The notes: a model not told the origin generated them from the letters alone. Positions 37,970 through 52,508 are shown, numbered from the stretch's first letter. The stretch: 64,000 bases of DNA from Octopus sinensis (GCF_006345805.1 NC_043006.1:87296001-87360000), one strand, 5' to 3'. Numbers and translations are program-made.

Positions 37970-39317
37970 ACATACATATACATATTCACACATATATATA
38001 CATATACATATTCACATATATATTTATATATATATATATATATACACACATATATATACACACACATATATATACACACATACATACACACACACACATA
38101 CATACATGCACACACACACAAGCATTACTTTAACAACCACTTTTCTATACTTCCCTGGACCAGAGAGAAAATACTGAGGTGGATTTTCTATAGCAGGGTA
38201 CCCTTCCTGTTACTAACCCTCACCTATATCCAAGTAGGCTCATATTTCCCCATGCTCAGGCATGTTTTCATTGATGATTGGAAATAAAAGACACTACTGT
38301 ATGACACTGATACACATTTCCAACTGTGTCAAGACGAAGGAGACACCAATCCTCATGCATCCTCCCCTCCACACACACACACGATGAACTTCTTTCAGTT
38401 TCCCCCAACCAAATCCAATCACAAGGATTTAGTCAGCTTGTTGAAGGTGCCATTCAGTGGAACCATATCCAGGACCAAGTTGTCAAGAAGGAAGCTTCTA
38501 ATCCTTGCAGCCATATAGGGAATGTCCTTGCTTGTGTCTACCAGTGTAAATCTATGCTGGGATTTATATATTTTTATGTCAAAGTAACTTGACCATTCAA
38601 TAAACAGAGATTGATAAAATTCCAAGTTCAATACAATCGATTAAAATGTTCAATGGATGTGCTCCAGCATGGCCTCAGTCCAATAAATGAAACCAGTAAA
38701 AGAACAAAAGAATAAAGGATAAACCGACTACCTAAAAAATAAACACAACAGATCATAAAAATGAAAAACGAAAGCAGAATTTTGATATCACAATAATTGT
38801 TTTGTTCTTTTTCTTCTTCAGGAATGACAGATCCTCATATATTTGCAATAAAGAAATGGATTTTCGTTCCCTGCATATGAATTTCACTGTCAAAATAAAC
38901 TTGGTGAAGTAACAGGCAATAAATCAAGTCTTTAATTGGTTCATTGTATCAAATAACAGATATGCAACATGCATTCTGCAGCTACAATTGCAGAAACAAA
39001 ACAGAAGAGAGGTAAAATGTCTTATGACAATCCCTAAGGGAATGGGCAATAAAATGTACAACTACGTAACAAAAGCCAGTTTGTGTTAGACAGTGATGTA
39101 ACACCTTAAGGAATAAAATTCTCACATTTCAAAAGTAAGATTAGTATGTGTTATAAATGAAACAGAGAGAAGAAAAAAGAGAGGGAAAGAGTGAGAGAGA
39201 GAGAGAGACAGAAGGGGGAGATACTTTGTTAGATTGAGAAGAGTACAAAAGGTAAATTAATAAGTAGTGAAAAATGTATTGTGATAGATGGTGTGTATAA
39301 AGTTGGCAAGAAAGATA

Positions 39318-39356
<39 letters not shown>

Positions 39357-40280
39357 ACAGACACAGTAGGGGGATGGGGGCAGAGGGGCAGAGAAACTTG
39401 GTAACAAAAATGATAAACAAATTAGTATGGTAGAGATAGATATATAGATAGATGGATGGATGGATGGATGAATGGTTAGATGGATGGAGAAACAAGTATA
39501 GTTAAATAAAGAGAGTGAGAGAGAAGTATAGTAATTGATAGTGGGGAGAGGTAGATAGCGAGAGAAAAGGAAAGTAACTGAGAAAGATGATGAGTGATGT
39601 AGAGAGTTGGAATGATCAATAATTTATTTTCCTTTAAACTACAGCTGAGAAATGTGGGAATAACAAGAAAATGACATAGTTAGTCTCAGCAAATTTATGA
39701 GACACACACACACACACAACTATGATTAATAGAGTAGTGAGAGAGAAGTATGTATGAAACAGAATGTAACTTAAAATGGACATTAAAACCAACAATGCCA
39801 TCAATAGTAGCAATCATAAATGCCAGTAGCTATAGAATAACATGTTGATAACTGCTTTAATGCCCGACTGGAGAGCAGGGTTAGAACAAACTTAGCAGCT
39901 ACCTAACTTTTGTAGTGTCATTGGCTTTTTGTATCTCTTCTGTTGAGTACAATTTACAACCGATCTGGGCCATAATGGTGACAGAACAAATAACAAAAAT
40001 GAAACTAAATGAATAGTAGTAAGCATGGATTCTTTGAGGTTCTCGGTATTTGCTATGGAACTGTCCAGCATCAAGATTTCACACAACTTTTCCATAAGTT
40101 ATTTAGATATTTCTGCTGCTGAAATAATGGAGCTGTCAGATCAACAATAGGGTTAAGCAAATTTCAGATTGGAAAGCAGCCTGTAAAGAACCACTAAGTA
40201 TTTGAAGGAACACAACCCATGGGAGCCCTCTGTCAGGTCAATGAAAAAGTCCCTATGAACCAATGAGTTGTCTTTACATA

Positions 40281-40472
40281 CTCTTTTACTGGTTTCAGTC
40301 ATTTGACTGTGGCCATGCTGGAGCACCACCTTTAGTCAAGTAAATCGACCCCCCAGGACTTATTCTTTGTAAGCCTAGTACTTATTCTATCAGTCTCTTT
40401 TGCCGAACCGCTAAGTTACGGGGACACAAACACACTAGCATGTGGGGGGAGGACAAACACAGACACATAAAG

Positions 40473-40543
<71 letters not shown>

Positions 40544-40710
40544 CACGACAGGCTTCTTTTAGTTTCCGTCTACCAAATCCACTCACAAGGCTTTGGTCGG
40601 TCCAAGGCTATAGCAGAAGACACTTGCCCAAGGTGCCACGCAGTGGGACTGAACCCAGAACCATGTGGTTGGTAAGTAAGCTACTTACCACACAGCCACA
40701 CCTGCGCCTA
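40281..40710 (-). mobile_element. CORE-type tRNA SINE, young-looking
   Basis: Family layout with a long internal (TA)n tract. Confidence 0.8.
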
Positions 40711-40911
40711 CATGTTCACACAACCTGCTAAAGGTAGTGGCCAAATCTTCCTCAAATCACATGCTATTATTTAAAGAAGAAAGATGTGCTTATAAAGTAA
40801 AATGACTTGATGGTTAGGAATAGATCATTCAGTTGTCTGCTTCAGTGGAGTTGATCGAGGGCTAAACATAAAAATAAAAATGATTAGTACCTCTTGGCAT
40901 TACTTGGAACC

Positions 40912-41130
40912 GTGGTGAGTTGGTAGAATTGTCACATTGCCGGAGAAAATGCTTAGTGACATTTCTTCTGTCTCTTTACATTATGAGTTCAAACGCCACT
41001 GAGGTTGACTTTACCTTTCATCTTTTATGGTCAATAAAGTAAGTGCCTGCTGTGTACTGGGGTTGATGTAAGTAACTTCTCCTTCCCCCTTAAATTGCTG
41101 GCTTTGTGTCAAGATTAGAAAGAATATTTC
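40912..41130 (+). mobile_element. Nin-type tRNA SINE, old copy
   Basis: GAGTTCAAACGCCACTGAGGTTGACTTTACCTTTCATC. Confidence 0.6.
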
Positions 41131-42274
41131 AAAATAGCAAGTCTTGATCCAAATTCTTGTTACATTCCACTTTTCAAATGTATGCTTGGAGTAATGTTTA
41201 ACTTATTTAACAAAGTGGGTCAAACAATTATTAATTGAAATTACATTTGTCATGAGGGGAGAAAAGGCATTATGTTATTGGTTCCCTTCCATTGTATTCT
41301 GTTTACAATTAATTTAAATTCTAGGAGTGTCTCCCCTGTCTTTCTGGGTCAGAATTAATCGTTAAAATAATAATTTTTTTGTTTCATCACTGCATGATAA
41401 TTAAAATATCTTGATTCATGATACATTTAGCAGGTTAGCATTCATTACTGTTTCCGTTTCATACTAAACTCATCTTTTGGTATTTTAGTATAAAATTCAG
41501 AAAACCTAATATTCTCCTGTAATACCACAAGCAGCAACATACCCATACCTTTTTCATGACCTGGATCTCTCTAGAATTGTCACCTACTCTTCCTTAACTT
41601 CCTTATTTACCATCCCTCAACACTTGTTTTTCATTCATTACATTCACGTTCTTTCAATTGTCATCTCTGACCATTTCTTATTCTCCCTCAGCCCCACCAT
41701 ACTATTACAGACACTAGCTACCTACACAACCTGTTCAGTCTCCACTCTCTTTTATTCACCTCATACTTTGAGGGCCTGTTCTGACACCTCATCAACACTA
41801 TTTTTATCTCTTTCCAGCTTCATTCCAATCAATCCTACCTTTCTTCTATAATAAGAGTACCTATGTAGTAGCACCTCCACAGCAAGAAACTTGTCCTGCT
41901 CTGGCTTTTTTTTTTTGTTTCATACTATAATTCTTCTTCTCCCAGCATAAAACAACCTCTCTCTCAACTGTTGCTCCATTCAGTCAAAGGAGATCTTAAT
42001 CTTGTGGGCCACATGTCAACTTCACTAGTGCTGGTGCCATGCTAAAAGCACCCAATACAAGCTGTAAAGTAGTTGACAACATGAAAGATATTCGGACATA
42101 GGAATCATGCCAAAGCAGACATTCGAACAGGATGTGGTCCTTGGATACATCGAATTCTATTAAACAAATCAACCCATGCTAACATGGAACATGGACATTA
42201 AATTATGTTATCATTGCTGTTGATAATATCTATGTGTTATATATGCATGTATGCAAATATATGTGTATATTTAG

Positions 42275-42309
<35 letters not shown>

Positions 42310-42699
42310 CGAGCAAAACGCCCCATCCCCGTCCAATGGATGATGCTGAGTTGTCAAAAATTTAAACCAAATTTTTTTTGGGGTCTCTTAAATATACTGC
42401 ATTTTGTGGCATTATTTCAAGCCAGCTAGATATTTTTGCGCAAACTGCACGTGCATTTTTCTCATGTATGCGTAGTATCGATTGCAACAGCTGATGTACT
42501 TGCACATACAAATGCACGTTCGCATGGCTTTATCAATCGCATTCTCACCTGGAATCGATTTTTGTAATTTTTTCAAGACTTATACATGCCCTGATGCTGT
42601 CGGTATCTACATATCAAATTTGAGCGCAATCAGATGGAGGATGCTCGAGATCCTAGAAGACACACACACAGACAGACAGAACGGATTTTATATAATAGA
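42310..42699 (-). mobile_element. Non-autonomous Helitron-like element, 390 bp
   Basis: Minus strand starts A|TCTATTATATAAAA plus (CTGT)/(GT) repeats. Ends in a GC-rich subterminal segment then CTCG|T (CTAG variant). Confidence 0.6.
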
Positions 42700-45099
42700 T
42701 ATAATATATATATATATGCATATACATGTCAACCTATCACAGATTAAACTCTCCAGCTCATATTCATTTTTAGTTCAGTGTACTGGAGCAATAGGAAGTA
42801 AAGTGTTCTCAAGAACACAAGACACCACCCTAACAAGGACACCTAAACTTTGGGTCATGAGTCTAACAACCTAGCAATATGTCACTTAGTATTTCTCATT
42901 AAAACACAAAGAAGACCACTTTCAATTAAAAGCTCCACACATGATATGATGCAGAGAAAGTTTCTATTAAAACAGATACCAGGGAGTGTTCTCTTCCAAT
43001 GATATTTATTTTGGTTGAAACAATCATAAACAAATAAACTTCATGAATAAGATATTTTACATCTTTATGTATACAATGGGTAAGAATACATCAAAAGGCA
43101 TAGAATAGCTATGGAGCAGATTAGAGCTCGTACCAGATCGAATTCCTAAAATACAACATTCTAATAAGAGAGATAATCTAACTAAACAAGAGTTGGTTAT
43201 AGGAAATGCACCAGTTGAGTTAATGAAAATAAAGTTACTGTAAAAGATGAACGAGAAGTTATTTATGGCATCAAAGCATTCATAAAAAAATTACATAATT
43301 ATGCATGTAAATATAGTTCAGCAGGAAGAGAGTCCATGTTATGTATGTATGTGTATGCATTACATACACACATACACACACACGTACATACATACACAAT
43401 GAAATCAAACAAAGTTTCTGTCTACCTAAGTCTATTTACAGGTTATTGGTAAACTCAAGGCATTGTTAGAAGACACTTCCTCAAGGGGTCAAGCAGTGGA
43501 ACTGAACTAAGAACCACATAGATATGAAATGAGTTATTTAACTACACAGCCATGCCTGAGCTATGTACATCTTCTCTGAGGTGTAATCAACAAATCATGA
43601 AATGGTTTGTCAAAAGAGTTTCCATACTTTTTCTGCACATCAAAAGAATAGAAGGTATCTATTTGCAATCTTCTCATTTCCATAAGCCAGGTGTTTTATT
43701 ATTTTAATTTATTTCAGTTCTTCTGAATCACACTATGTTGTCTATGAAATGTATATTGTTTAATAATGAAAAGCATAAATATGCAGATTATTTTATCTAC
43801 AAATGCACTAGGCTAATTTATAACTTATTTTATATATCAGCTGAAGAATCAATTTAATTGGTTGGGGAAAGAAACTGTGTACATATTCTTTGAGAAATGA
43901 TCAACAAATTGTAAAGTGGTCCATCATAAAAATCCTCTCATTTTTTTGCTGCACATCAAAAAAAAAAAAAGTAAAGAAAAGAAAGAGTGTATCTATCACA
44001 AACAGGCTTTCAATATCTAAATTTATTTCAGTTCTTTTGAATCATACTGGATTGTACTCATTATCATTATCATATCATAATCTTTTGAAGTCCACCATCC
44101 ATGCAACATGGGTTGGCTGGTTTGATAAGTTCTGATGGGTTCAAGGACTGCATTCTGCTCCAATGCCTGCTTTGTCATGGTTCTTATAGATGGTTGTCCT
44201 TCCTAATGTTAGCCACTTTACAGCCTCTATTGGGCGCTTTCATCATGGCACCAGCACTAGTGAAGTGGACTTACAACTTGCAGGACTAAGGTCTCTTTGA
44301 CTAAGTGGGGCTACAGTAGAGAGGGAAGCAGCTCTGTTCTAGAAGATGATGTGTTACAGCATGAGAGAGGAACAAACACAGAACTGATTTGTTGTTGTAG
44401 GAGTAGCTACACGGTTGCTTATATTATAGAAGAAAGGATTGAGGTAACTTGGGTTGAGCTAGAAAGTAAGACATTGAGGTAATGAGATGTCAGAATAGCC
44501 TCTCAACATACAACGTGAGTAGAGTTGAGAAGAGCTAGCATAGGCAGGTAGAGGTTGCAAGAGTGTATGGGAAGAGTGTATGAGGGTATGGTCAGAGATG
44601 GGGATTGGGTGAAGAAGTGAATATAATGAATGAAGAACTAATGTTGAGAGATAATAAATATACATTGAAGGAAATAACAAACAAATTTTCTTTCCAACAT
44701 GTTATATTAAGGACATAGGTTTGTTCGCATTGGTTTTTGTTATTAGTCTTTTTTCCCACAGTTCTTTATTAATAATCCTTTATGGAATTAGGAACAATAG
44801 CATTCCTAAAGCCATTGTTCTTTAACATTTCTAGACCATCTTTGTCTCATCTTCAGAAAGAAGGAACAGTAATCATGGTATGTTGTTTGTGCACTTTGCA
44901 GGAGTTCACTAAGTATCACAGCAAAAAATCATGCATGTTGAATTTTAAAATGATACAATGATTAAATCTGATACATTTCCTTATTTATTTTATGTGTTGC
45001 ATCTGAGTATTGATTACTTTTATTTGTATTTTGCTATTAGTAGACCTTTACTTAAAGAAATTATACATGCAAAACACACATTAGTTAATAATGGGTACT

Positions 45100-45380
45100 C
45101 TATTACATTATTAGACCAGGCCCTAGAACAATAGAAGAAGTTTACAACAGATGCAGCACGAACTAAAATACATATTACAATAATATCAATATAGAAGAGC
45201 TCAATATCAAAACGATATCATAATGTAGCAAACCCACAAAACGGGCTTCAGACAACCAATTAATGAATATAAATTTCAATACAGATATTAAAATTGTTAA
45301 CTTTATAACTTAAACTGTCACATTAGACACCAAAGTACAACATACTGCCATCACATGCATTTACATCAAGGAATCATTGC
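45100..45380 (+). mobile_element. Possible Penelope-like RT remnant
   Basis: Weak motifs only (DIKIVNF...YIKE), heavily decayed. Confidence 0.25.
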
Positions 45381-45831
45381 AGTTCATTAGTATGCAATAA
45401 ACAAAATAAAATTAGAGAGAAAAACACTAGTTAATTGCTCTCCAAATTTATGAAAAAGAAATTCACACAAAAAATAAAAGAATAACTATGGTTGTTCTTC
45501 AAAGAGCAAAATACAAAATAAAAAAAAAACATCAGCAAACAGATGCATCACAAGTAAACTAAAACATGAAATTTACTAGAATTAAATCTAGTATTAAATC
45601 TAGCATGTACAATTTTATCAGTTATTAAAATATTTCCATGAGCCTTTGTGAGCTACTGCAAAGTGAACAAACAACATACTACCAGTACTCATGATGACGT
45701 AAAGAAGGTCTTGAAATTTTAATGTATTTAGAAACATTATTGCTCTAAACTAAATATAAAGTAGTATGAAGGAAACAGTAAGAAATGGAATGCCTTTGAT
45801 TGGTAACATCTACTTAGGAGTAATTGTTTAA

Positions 45832-46052
45832 CCCTTTCGTTACCAACCCAGCTGAAACCAGCTCTAGCTCTGAGTACAAAATTTCTTGTTTTCACAAGTT
45901 TTGAATTAAAATCTCCCACCAAACCTTAGTCACAATTTATGTTCCTATCACTAGCTTAATGATAACTAAGTTATTTTACTAAATTCTTTGTTATATTTAA
46001 AGTAATTGAAAGAAACACAGAACATCTCAAAATAAATACAGCAATGAAAGGG
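45832..46052. mobile_element. piggyBac-type MITE, 221 bp
   Basis: TTAA|CCCTTTCGTTAC ... GCAATGAAAGGG|TTAA, with TTAA at 45828-31 and 46053-56. Confidence 0.85.
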
Positions 46053-47180
46053 TTAACCTTAGGTCTGCCCTATTTGATCAGACTTGTGATAAAAGGCATT
46101 CTATCCATTTCTATCTATTTTTCTGATACAGTGTTTCTAAAACCAGGTTGTATTTTTTATGGAACAGTAGCATATGAATTGAGAAAAATCTGGCTGCTAT
46201 TTCTAATGATCTTGCAGAAGCTACCTTATTAGTTGTGAGTGTGTGTATGTTAAAGTATGGGCTTGCTACGTAACTTTCTCAATAAACAGAGTGTCTAAAA
46301 CAGAAAGAATTTATCTGGAACATTGGCAATCAATAACAAATGGCAAGAGTGTTAACCTTGTGGAGTGTTAACTTTACTAAATCTTTCCATATAGTTTATG
46401 GCACCATTAATGACACAGTGATTTATTGCACTGGAATTGGTTTCTTGTTAATTCTTCCAGTAAATTTTTATTCTAATCCTTTTAAGAAAATGGAAACCCA
46501 TTAAAAAAGAGGAACACTTTGGCAAACACACTGATGAAGAATGCACCGTTTGTATTTACATGAATTTTCTTTGAGTAAATGATGCTACTAAAGAAATCCT
46601 CACAATAATGGTCGGCAAAGTCTCTCTCTCTCTCTCTCTCTCCTCTTATATTGATTATTCTGTTCTACTATCCTGTCACTTTCCTCTGATGTCTCATATA
46701 CACAGAGTAACAAAGGAAAGCAGTTTTATAATATACAATATTTACATATTAATTGATTATTATTTTTACTGTGGCCAACCAGGGACTCTGCCTCGAAAGG
46801 CTTTAGACAATTATAGTGATACTATAACTTAATCAGATATTCATTTTAGCAATTTCTTTTTATTGAATGGCTAAGTTTAGTAGAGTTACATCTCAGGAAC
46901 TTAGATATGACATGATATTTACACCACTATACACACACACACACTCTCTCTCTCTCCTCCTCTCTCTCTCTCACACACACACATATACTAGTACACACAT
47001 GGCTGTATGGTTTTAAAGTTTGCTTCCTAACCACATCATTTGGGGTTCAGACCCATTGAGCAAGTTTTCTCTAATATAGTTCAGATTTTCAGATTGACTT
47101 ATGAGTTTACGGTAAATTAGTGAATTTGGTAGAAACTGAATGAAACCCTCTGAGATATATATATATATATATATATATAT

Positions 47181-47343
47181 AGGCGCAGGAGTGGCTGTGT
47201 GGTAAGTAGCTTGTTTACCAACCACATGGTTCTGGGTTCAGTCCCACTGTGTGGCACCTTGGGCAAGTGTCTTCTACTATAGCCTTGGGCCGACCAAAGC
47301 CTTGTGAGTGGATTTGGTAGACGGAAACTGAAAGAAGCCCATC

Positions 47344-47378
<35 letters not shown>

Positions 47379-47596
47379 TGTGTGTTTGTGTGCCTGTGTT
47401 TGTCTCCCTAACATTGCTTGACAACAGATGCTGGTGTGTTTATGTCCCCGTTACTTAGTGGTTCGGCAAAAGAGACCGATAGAATAAGTACTGGGCTTAC
47501 AAAAGAATAAGTCCCGGGGTTGAGTTGCTCGATTAAAGGCGGTGCTCCAGCATGGCCACAGTCAAATGATTGAAACAAGTAAAAGAGAGTAAAGAG
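47181..47596 (+). mobile_element. CORE-type tRNA SINE, young full-length copy inside a cluster of partial copies (47005-48250)
   Basis: AGGCGCAGGAGTGGCTGTGTGGTAAG ... AAACAAGTAAAAGAGAG. Confidence 0.85.
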
Positions 47597-47817
47597 TGTA
47601 TATATACATATAATATATAATAGGCACAGGCATGGCTGTATGGTAAAAAGCTCACTTCCCAACCACATGGTTCTGGGTTCAGTCACACTGTATGGCACCT
47701 CGGACAAGTGTCTTCTATTATAGCCTTAGGCTGGCCAAAGCCTTGTTAGAGGATTTGGTAGATAGAAACTGAAAGAAGCCAGTCATATATATATACACAC
47801 ACACACTGATATATATA

Positions 47818-47862
<45 letters not shown>

Positions 47863-49894
47863 ATATATATTTATTTATATATATATATATATATATCAGT
47901 GTGTGTGTGTGTGTGTGTACAACAAATTTAAAGGGTGGCTTATTACCAATTAGAATCTAAAGGCAAAATTAAAAGAGGTCGCAAAAGTGATGGAGGGTGC
48001 TGATGCCAAAATAAGAGCTGAATATATATTTATGTGTGTGTGTCTCTGTGTCTGAGTTTGTCCCCCACCATCACTTGGCAACCAATGTTGGTGTGTTTAT
48101 GTCCCTGTAACTTACCAGTTCAGCAAACAGACTGATAGAATAAGTACTAGGCTTACAAAGAATATGTCCTGGGGTTGATTTCTTCAACTCAAACACTTTA
48201 AGGAGGTGCTCCAACATGGCCACGGTCAAATGGCTGAAACACGTAAAAGAACACACATACACACACACATAAACTCTTCTAAATTGCTCAAGTAAGTAAA
48301 ATGTTTGTTTTATAACAAAAGCAGAAAAGTCTAATGCTACATACACTTTATGTTTGTACTGTTATGTATGTGTTATCATCATCAATGACACCACTCCTAC
48401 CACCATCCTCATCAACAACAGCAGTAGCAGAGTTTTAACACCTATTTTATTTTCTATAAAAACAACTCCAAACTCCAAATTAAATTCCATCAGTGTAATG
48501 CACAAGCAATGTTCCATGTGATGAAGATTTCCTTGCGAATAAGACCAACCCACATGCTAACATTGTTAAGGTACTACTTCTACTACTAAGGTTTGTCATG
48601 AGAATTTAAAACATATTAAGCAGAAGCTTAATCCAGTTTTCATGGTGTATAAGTGACTGAGATTACAATAATCCTCACTCCCATCACTGAATGGGATGCT
48701 AGTCCATTGCAAGGTTAACTTCCCATCAATTGTTAGAACTAATTTTCCAACTGAGTGGGGTTAACTTTTAACTATTGACCAAGCTTTTGTAATTATCTTT
48801 GTCATTGTTGCTATCACTAACACTATTATGATCCTTGCCATGACCACCACTACCACCACCATCAACAGTATCATTATTAATACCATGTTAGATATGAAAT
48901 AGTTGCTAAGAGAAATGGAATGAAACACACATGTCACACGTGAAGCTTAGAAATAATACAAAGCGAAGATAAAATTTCCCAGCTCTATAGCAGATGTTAT
49001 ATAAAATTCCATTTAGCTCTATTTGATAGACCTTTGATCATTTCACATAATCAAAGATATCTGTATTAACAGTTTACATTTGTTAATTATTGATATATTA
49101 ACATAGGCACAAGGCCACAACGTTAGAAGAAAGGTATCATTGATTGCCCTCCACCCCAGTAGCATTTTATTTGTATCAGAAGGATGAAAGACTAGGTTCA
49201 CTCTGGCAAGATTTTAATTCAGAATGTAAAAGATTGAAACTAAATACTGCAAGGCATTTTTGACCAGCGCTTTAATGATTCATTCAATTATCTAATTATT
49301 ACCTCTTCCAATTATCATCACTTTCTTTTATCTGTTTGCAAGCAATTCTCTATGGTTAAAATTAGTTTAATGTTTCTATAATCTACAAATACGGAAAATG
49401 AAACTACTTCCAGAAATGATACTCTTCCTGCCATCAAAAACATTAATTGTTAACTTGAAGAGATCTATATTTAAAATACAGAAAAAAATAACCCAGCAAA
49501 TCATTGAAAATGTTGTAATCCAATGCATCATTGGTTTTACTCACACTGCAAACATTTATTCTATTCAATAAAATGAAAATATTCAAATTAAAAGAACAAT
49601 TAATCAATTGAGAAGCAGAATTACTAACTAAAGCCTGTTTCCTTAATAAACACATATATAAATCAGTATGACTACAGACACATACTTGCACAGTGATATA
49701 ACAACACTCTGTCTCTGGTCCATACTAATATAAAACTTCAAACACATTGACACATCTGTAATATCAGCTGCAACATTAAACATAAAGTTATGCTGTAATG
49801 CCAAGTACATCTGAGATGATCACACACAGATCAAATCTGCATTAGCTATTGCAGGAATTACCATAGCCTTTGAATATATATGTAGACATTAGAG

Positions 49895-50275
49895 CAGATA
49901 ACAGATGTCACACAACTTGTTAGTTACACTTCATCAGATGGAAGCAGCCAAACAGATGCAACATGGTCTGTCTGTCATTCTTCATCTAAGGAAGCTAGAT
50001 AAACAGATGTAACATGATTTGTCCAAACAGATGTACCCTGACCTCTCTGTTACACCTCATCAGACAAACCAAACAAAGAGTTGTAACATAACCTGTTTGT
50101 CACACTTCATTTGACGAAGCCAGCCAGACATATGCAAGATGACCTGTTTATCACACATCATCTGATGAAGCCCTCTGAACAGGGGCAAAATGACTTGTTT
50201 GTTGTGCTTTTTTCTACAGGAGCCAACCAGACAGATGTAATATGCCCTGTATGTCACACTTCATATAACATAGCC
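49895..50275. repeat. Diverged 51-bp minisatellite, about 7-8 units
   Basis: Consensus by eye CTTCATCTGACGAAGCCAGCCAAACAGATGTAACATGACCTGTTTGTCACA. Confidence 0.8.
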
Positions 50276-50759
50276 AGTCATTGAAGGTAGAATATATACT
50301 TTTACTTCAAAGTAGATGATAAGAAAAAAGCAGAGGTTATATTGTCATATACAGCCAGCAAATACTTTGTTGAAGTTCCATCTAGTTAAAAATGACCACA
50401 GTTATGAAACAAATGAGATAAAATTATGTTTAGTTCTTTGGTTAGAAATCCAACAGAGAAATACATCAGCTTCTTCTTACATATATTTTTTGTGTGAATA
50501 CATTGTACAGTCTCCATACTGAAGAAACTGTTGTACTAAATCATAAAGGTTTAGGTAACTAGTCACATTCAAACATGTGTAAAAAAAAGATTTTTTGTAT
50601 TACCATCAATATTGTTTTAAAATCTGTTTCTATGTTGACATATTTCTCACTTGTGAGTAAATGAAAGTAATATCTACATATATATAGACTTTTGAGAGGA
50701 TTTAGTTTGACCCAAGTAAAACTTTATTATTTAACACTATGATATGGTGGAATTAGAAC

Positions 50760-51160
50760 AACTAGTATAATGTTGTAACCGTAAAAGCAGCCCTGGCCTA
50801 AGGCAGAAGCAGCAACTGAAAACCTATATGATAAAGTTGCTTTAGCTAATATCAATGCTGATTATCAGATTTATAGAGAAAAACAGGTTAAAAACAGTCG
50901 TCGTTTATAAGGAGACATGATAATGCCACTTCATTGACACTTCAAATTCCAAAAGATACGAGAAGATAGGAGAATGAAAAAGGGGAAAAACTTTTCTCCG
51001 TATTTCACTTTATAAACAGAAAAATGGCCACTATTATTCAAGTGAGAGGGGTCATGAAAGGTTGAAGTTATACCAGTTGTTCTCAGAAACACTTGGCTCA
51101 ATAACATAATATGTCAATTTGAGTAATCAAAGACATAGGCAGAAATAAGAAGTGGGTGGG
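50760..51160 (+). mobile_element. Possible Penelope-like GIY-YIG C-terminal remnant
   Basis: Weak motifs (KNFSPYF..., RHRQK), decayed. Confidence 0.25.
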
Positions 51161-52015
51161 ATCAAGTGGGAAATGAAATAATAAACTGTTCTTCAAACAG
51201 TGAGAATTCACTAGAAAAGTTCTTAAGGTTGCCAAGAATGCATAAACCAGCTTTCTCTTGAGAGAAGCTTTGGTTGGATTCCTTAAGTGTAAAGTCAACA
51301 ATACCAATAGTGATTCCCATATTTTAAATTACAAGCACATACATGTTCAAACACATACATGCACACATAAACACACACACATGTGTATTATGTCTAACAA
51401 GAGAAGACAAATAGCAGAATTACATTGGTAAGTAAATGGCAACAAAAGCTGTCTTTCATAATAATCAGAGGAATTTTTACTTGAAAGTTATCAAAATAAG
51501 GATCCTTGAAGAGATGAGAGCTTGAAGTTGCATGAGTGCTTTCAAATTGTGAATTACACAGGTTTGGTTTGTGTTTTATCTTTAGACTGAAAGAAGGACT
51601 AGTTGAATGGTGCCAATTCCTTAAGTTCAGCATCAAACTTTAGAAACAATAATAAACTGAATAACAATAATAACACAGAATGGACAATCATAAGAACAAA
51701 AACACATAAAAAAAGGGGAAAAAAAGCAGAATATAACAAAGTGAGAAAGAAAAAGCAGAAGAGCAATAATGGCAAAAAAGTTCAACAATAATGAAGAGAG
51801 TGTCAATAAAGAAATGGAAATAAAATAATTGAATAATTAATTAAATGAAAGGAATAATAAAACAGAGACTTAAATGCCCATGTAAACAAAGGAACAACAA
51901 CGGTAACAGCAGCAGCAACAAAAACAATAGCATAAACAACAGTAACAAAAACAGTAGCAAAAGCAATGCAGTAGTAATAACAGCAACACCAACATCACCT
52001 GCAACAGCAACAAGA

Positions 52016-52508
52016 GTGGAGGTGCAATGGCCCAGTGGTTAGGGGCAGTGGACTCGCAGTCATCAGAATGCAGTTTCAATTCCCAGACTGGGCATTGTGA
52101 GTGTTTATTGAGCAAAAACGCCTAAGCTTCACAAGGCTTTGGTGGGGAGGGGTGGTGAACCCCACTCTACTCTTTCACACCAATTTTATCTCACTCTTTC
52201 TTCCTACTTCTGCCACAAAGCAGAGGAACCATGGTGTAACCCACTATGGTGTAGTAAACTTGCAGACCCGAGTCTAGATTGCTAATCCTCTGTACCCCAG
52301 GATGGTTCAGCTCTCCACCCGTTAAAAGCCACCGCTTACGGAATGAGGATAACAATGTAGCTTTCGTGCCCATGCAACCGCCAGTCTATCGCGTGTGGTG
52401 GGTGGATCTTCAAGTTGCCACATGCATTCTTAGTAGCTGAGAGTAGGCTCGAATTAGAGATTATTCTTTGTGGCTAATGGTGTGAGTCCTGATTGGAAGA
52501 AGAAGAAG
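52016..52508 (+). mobile_element. Family 4 SINE head joined to a different (GAA)n-ending tail, with a 12-bp TSD
   Basis: The first ~185 nt align with 34338 onward. ACAGCAACAAGA at 52004-52015 and 52509-52520. Confidence 0.7.

Noticed and set aside
47560-47590. CAGTC-AAAT-GATTG-AAACAAGTA in the CORE-SINE tail as a hammerhead
   Set aside because: GAAAC..GUA is present but there is no upstream CUGANGA and no stem I.
49895-50275. CRISPR-like array
   Set aside because: Eukaryotic context; whole units are homologous, with no unique spacers and no cas genes.
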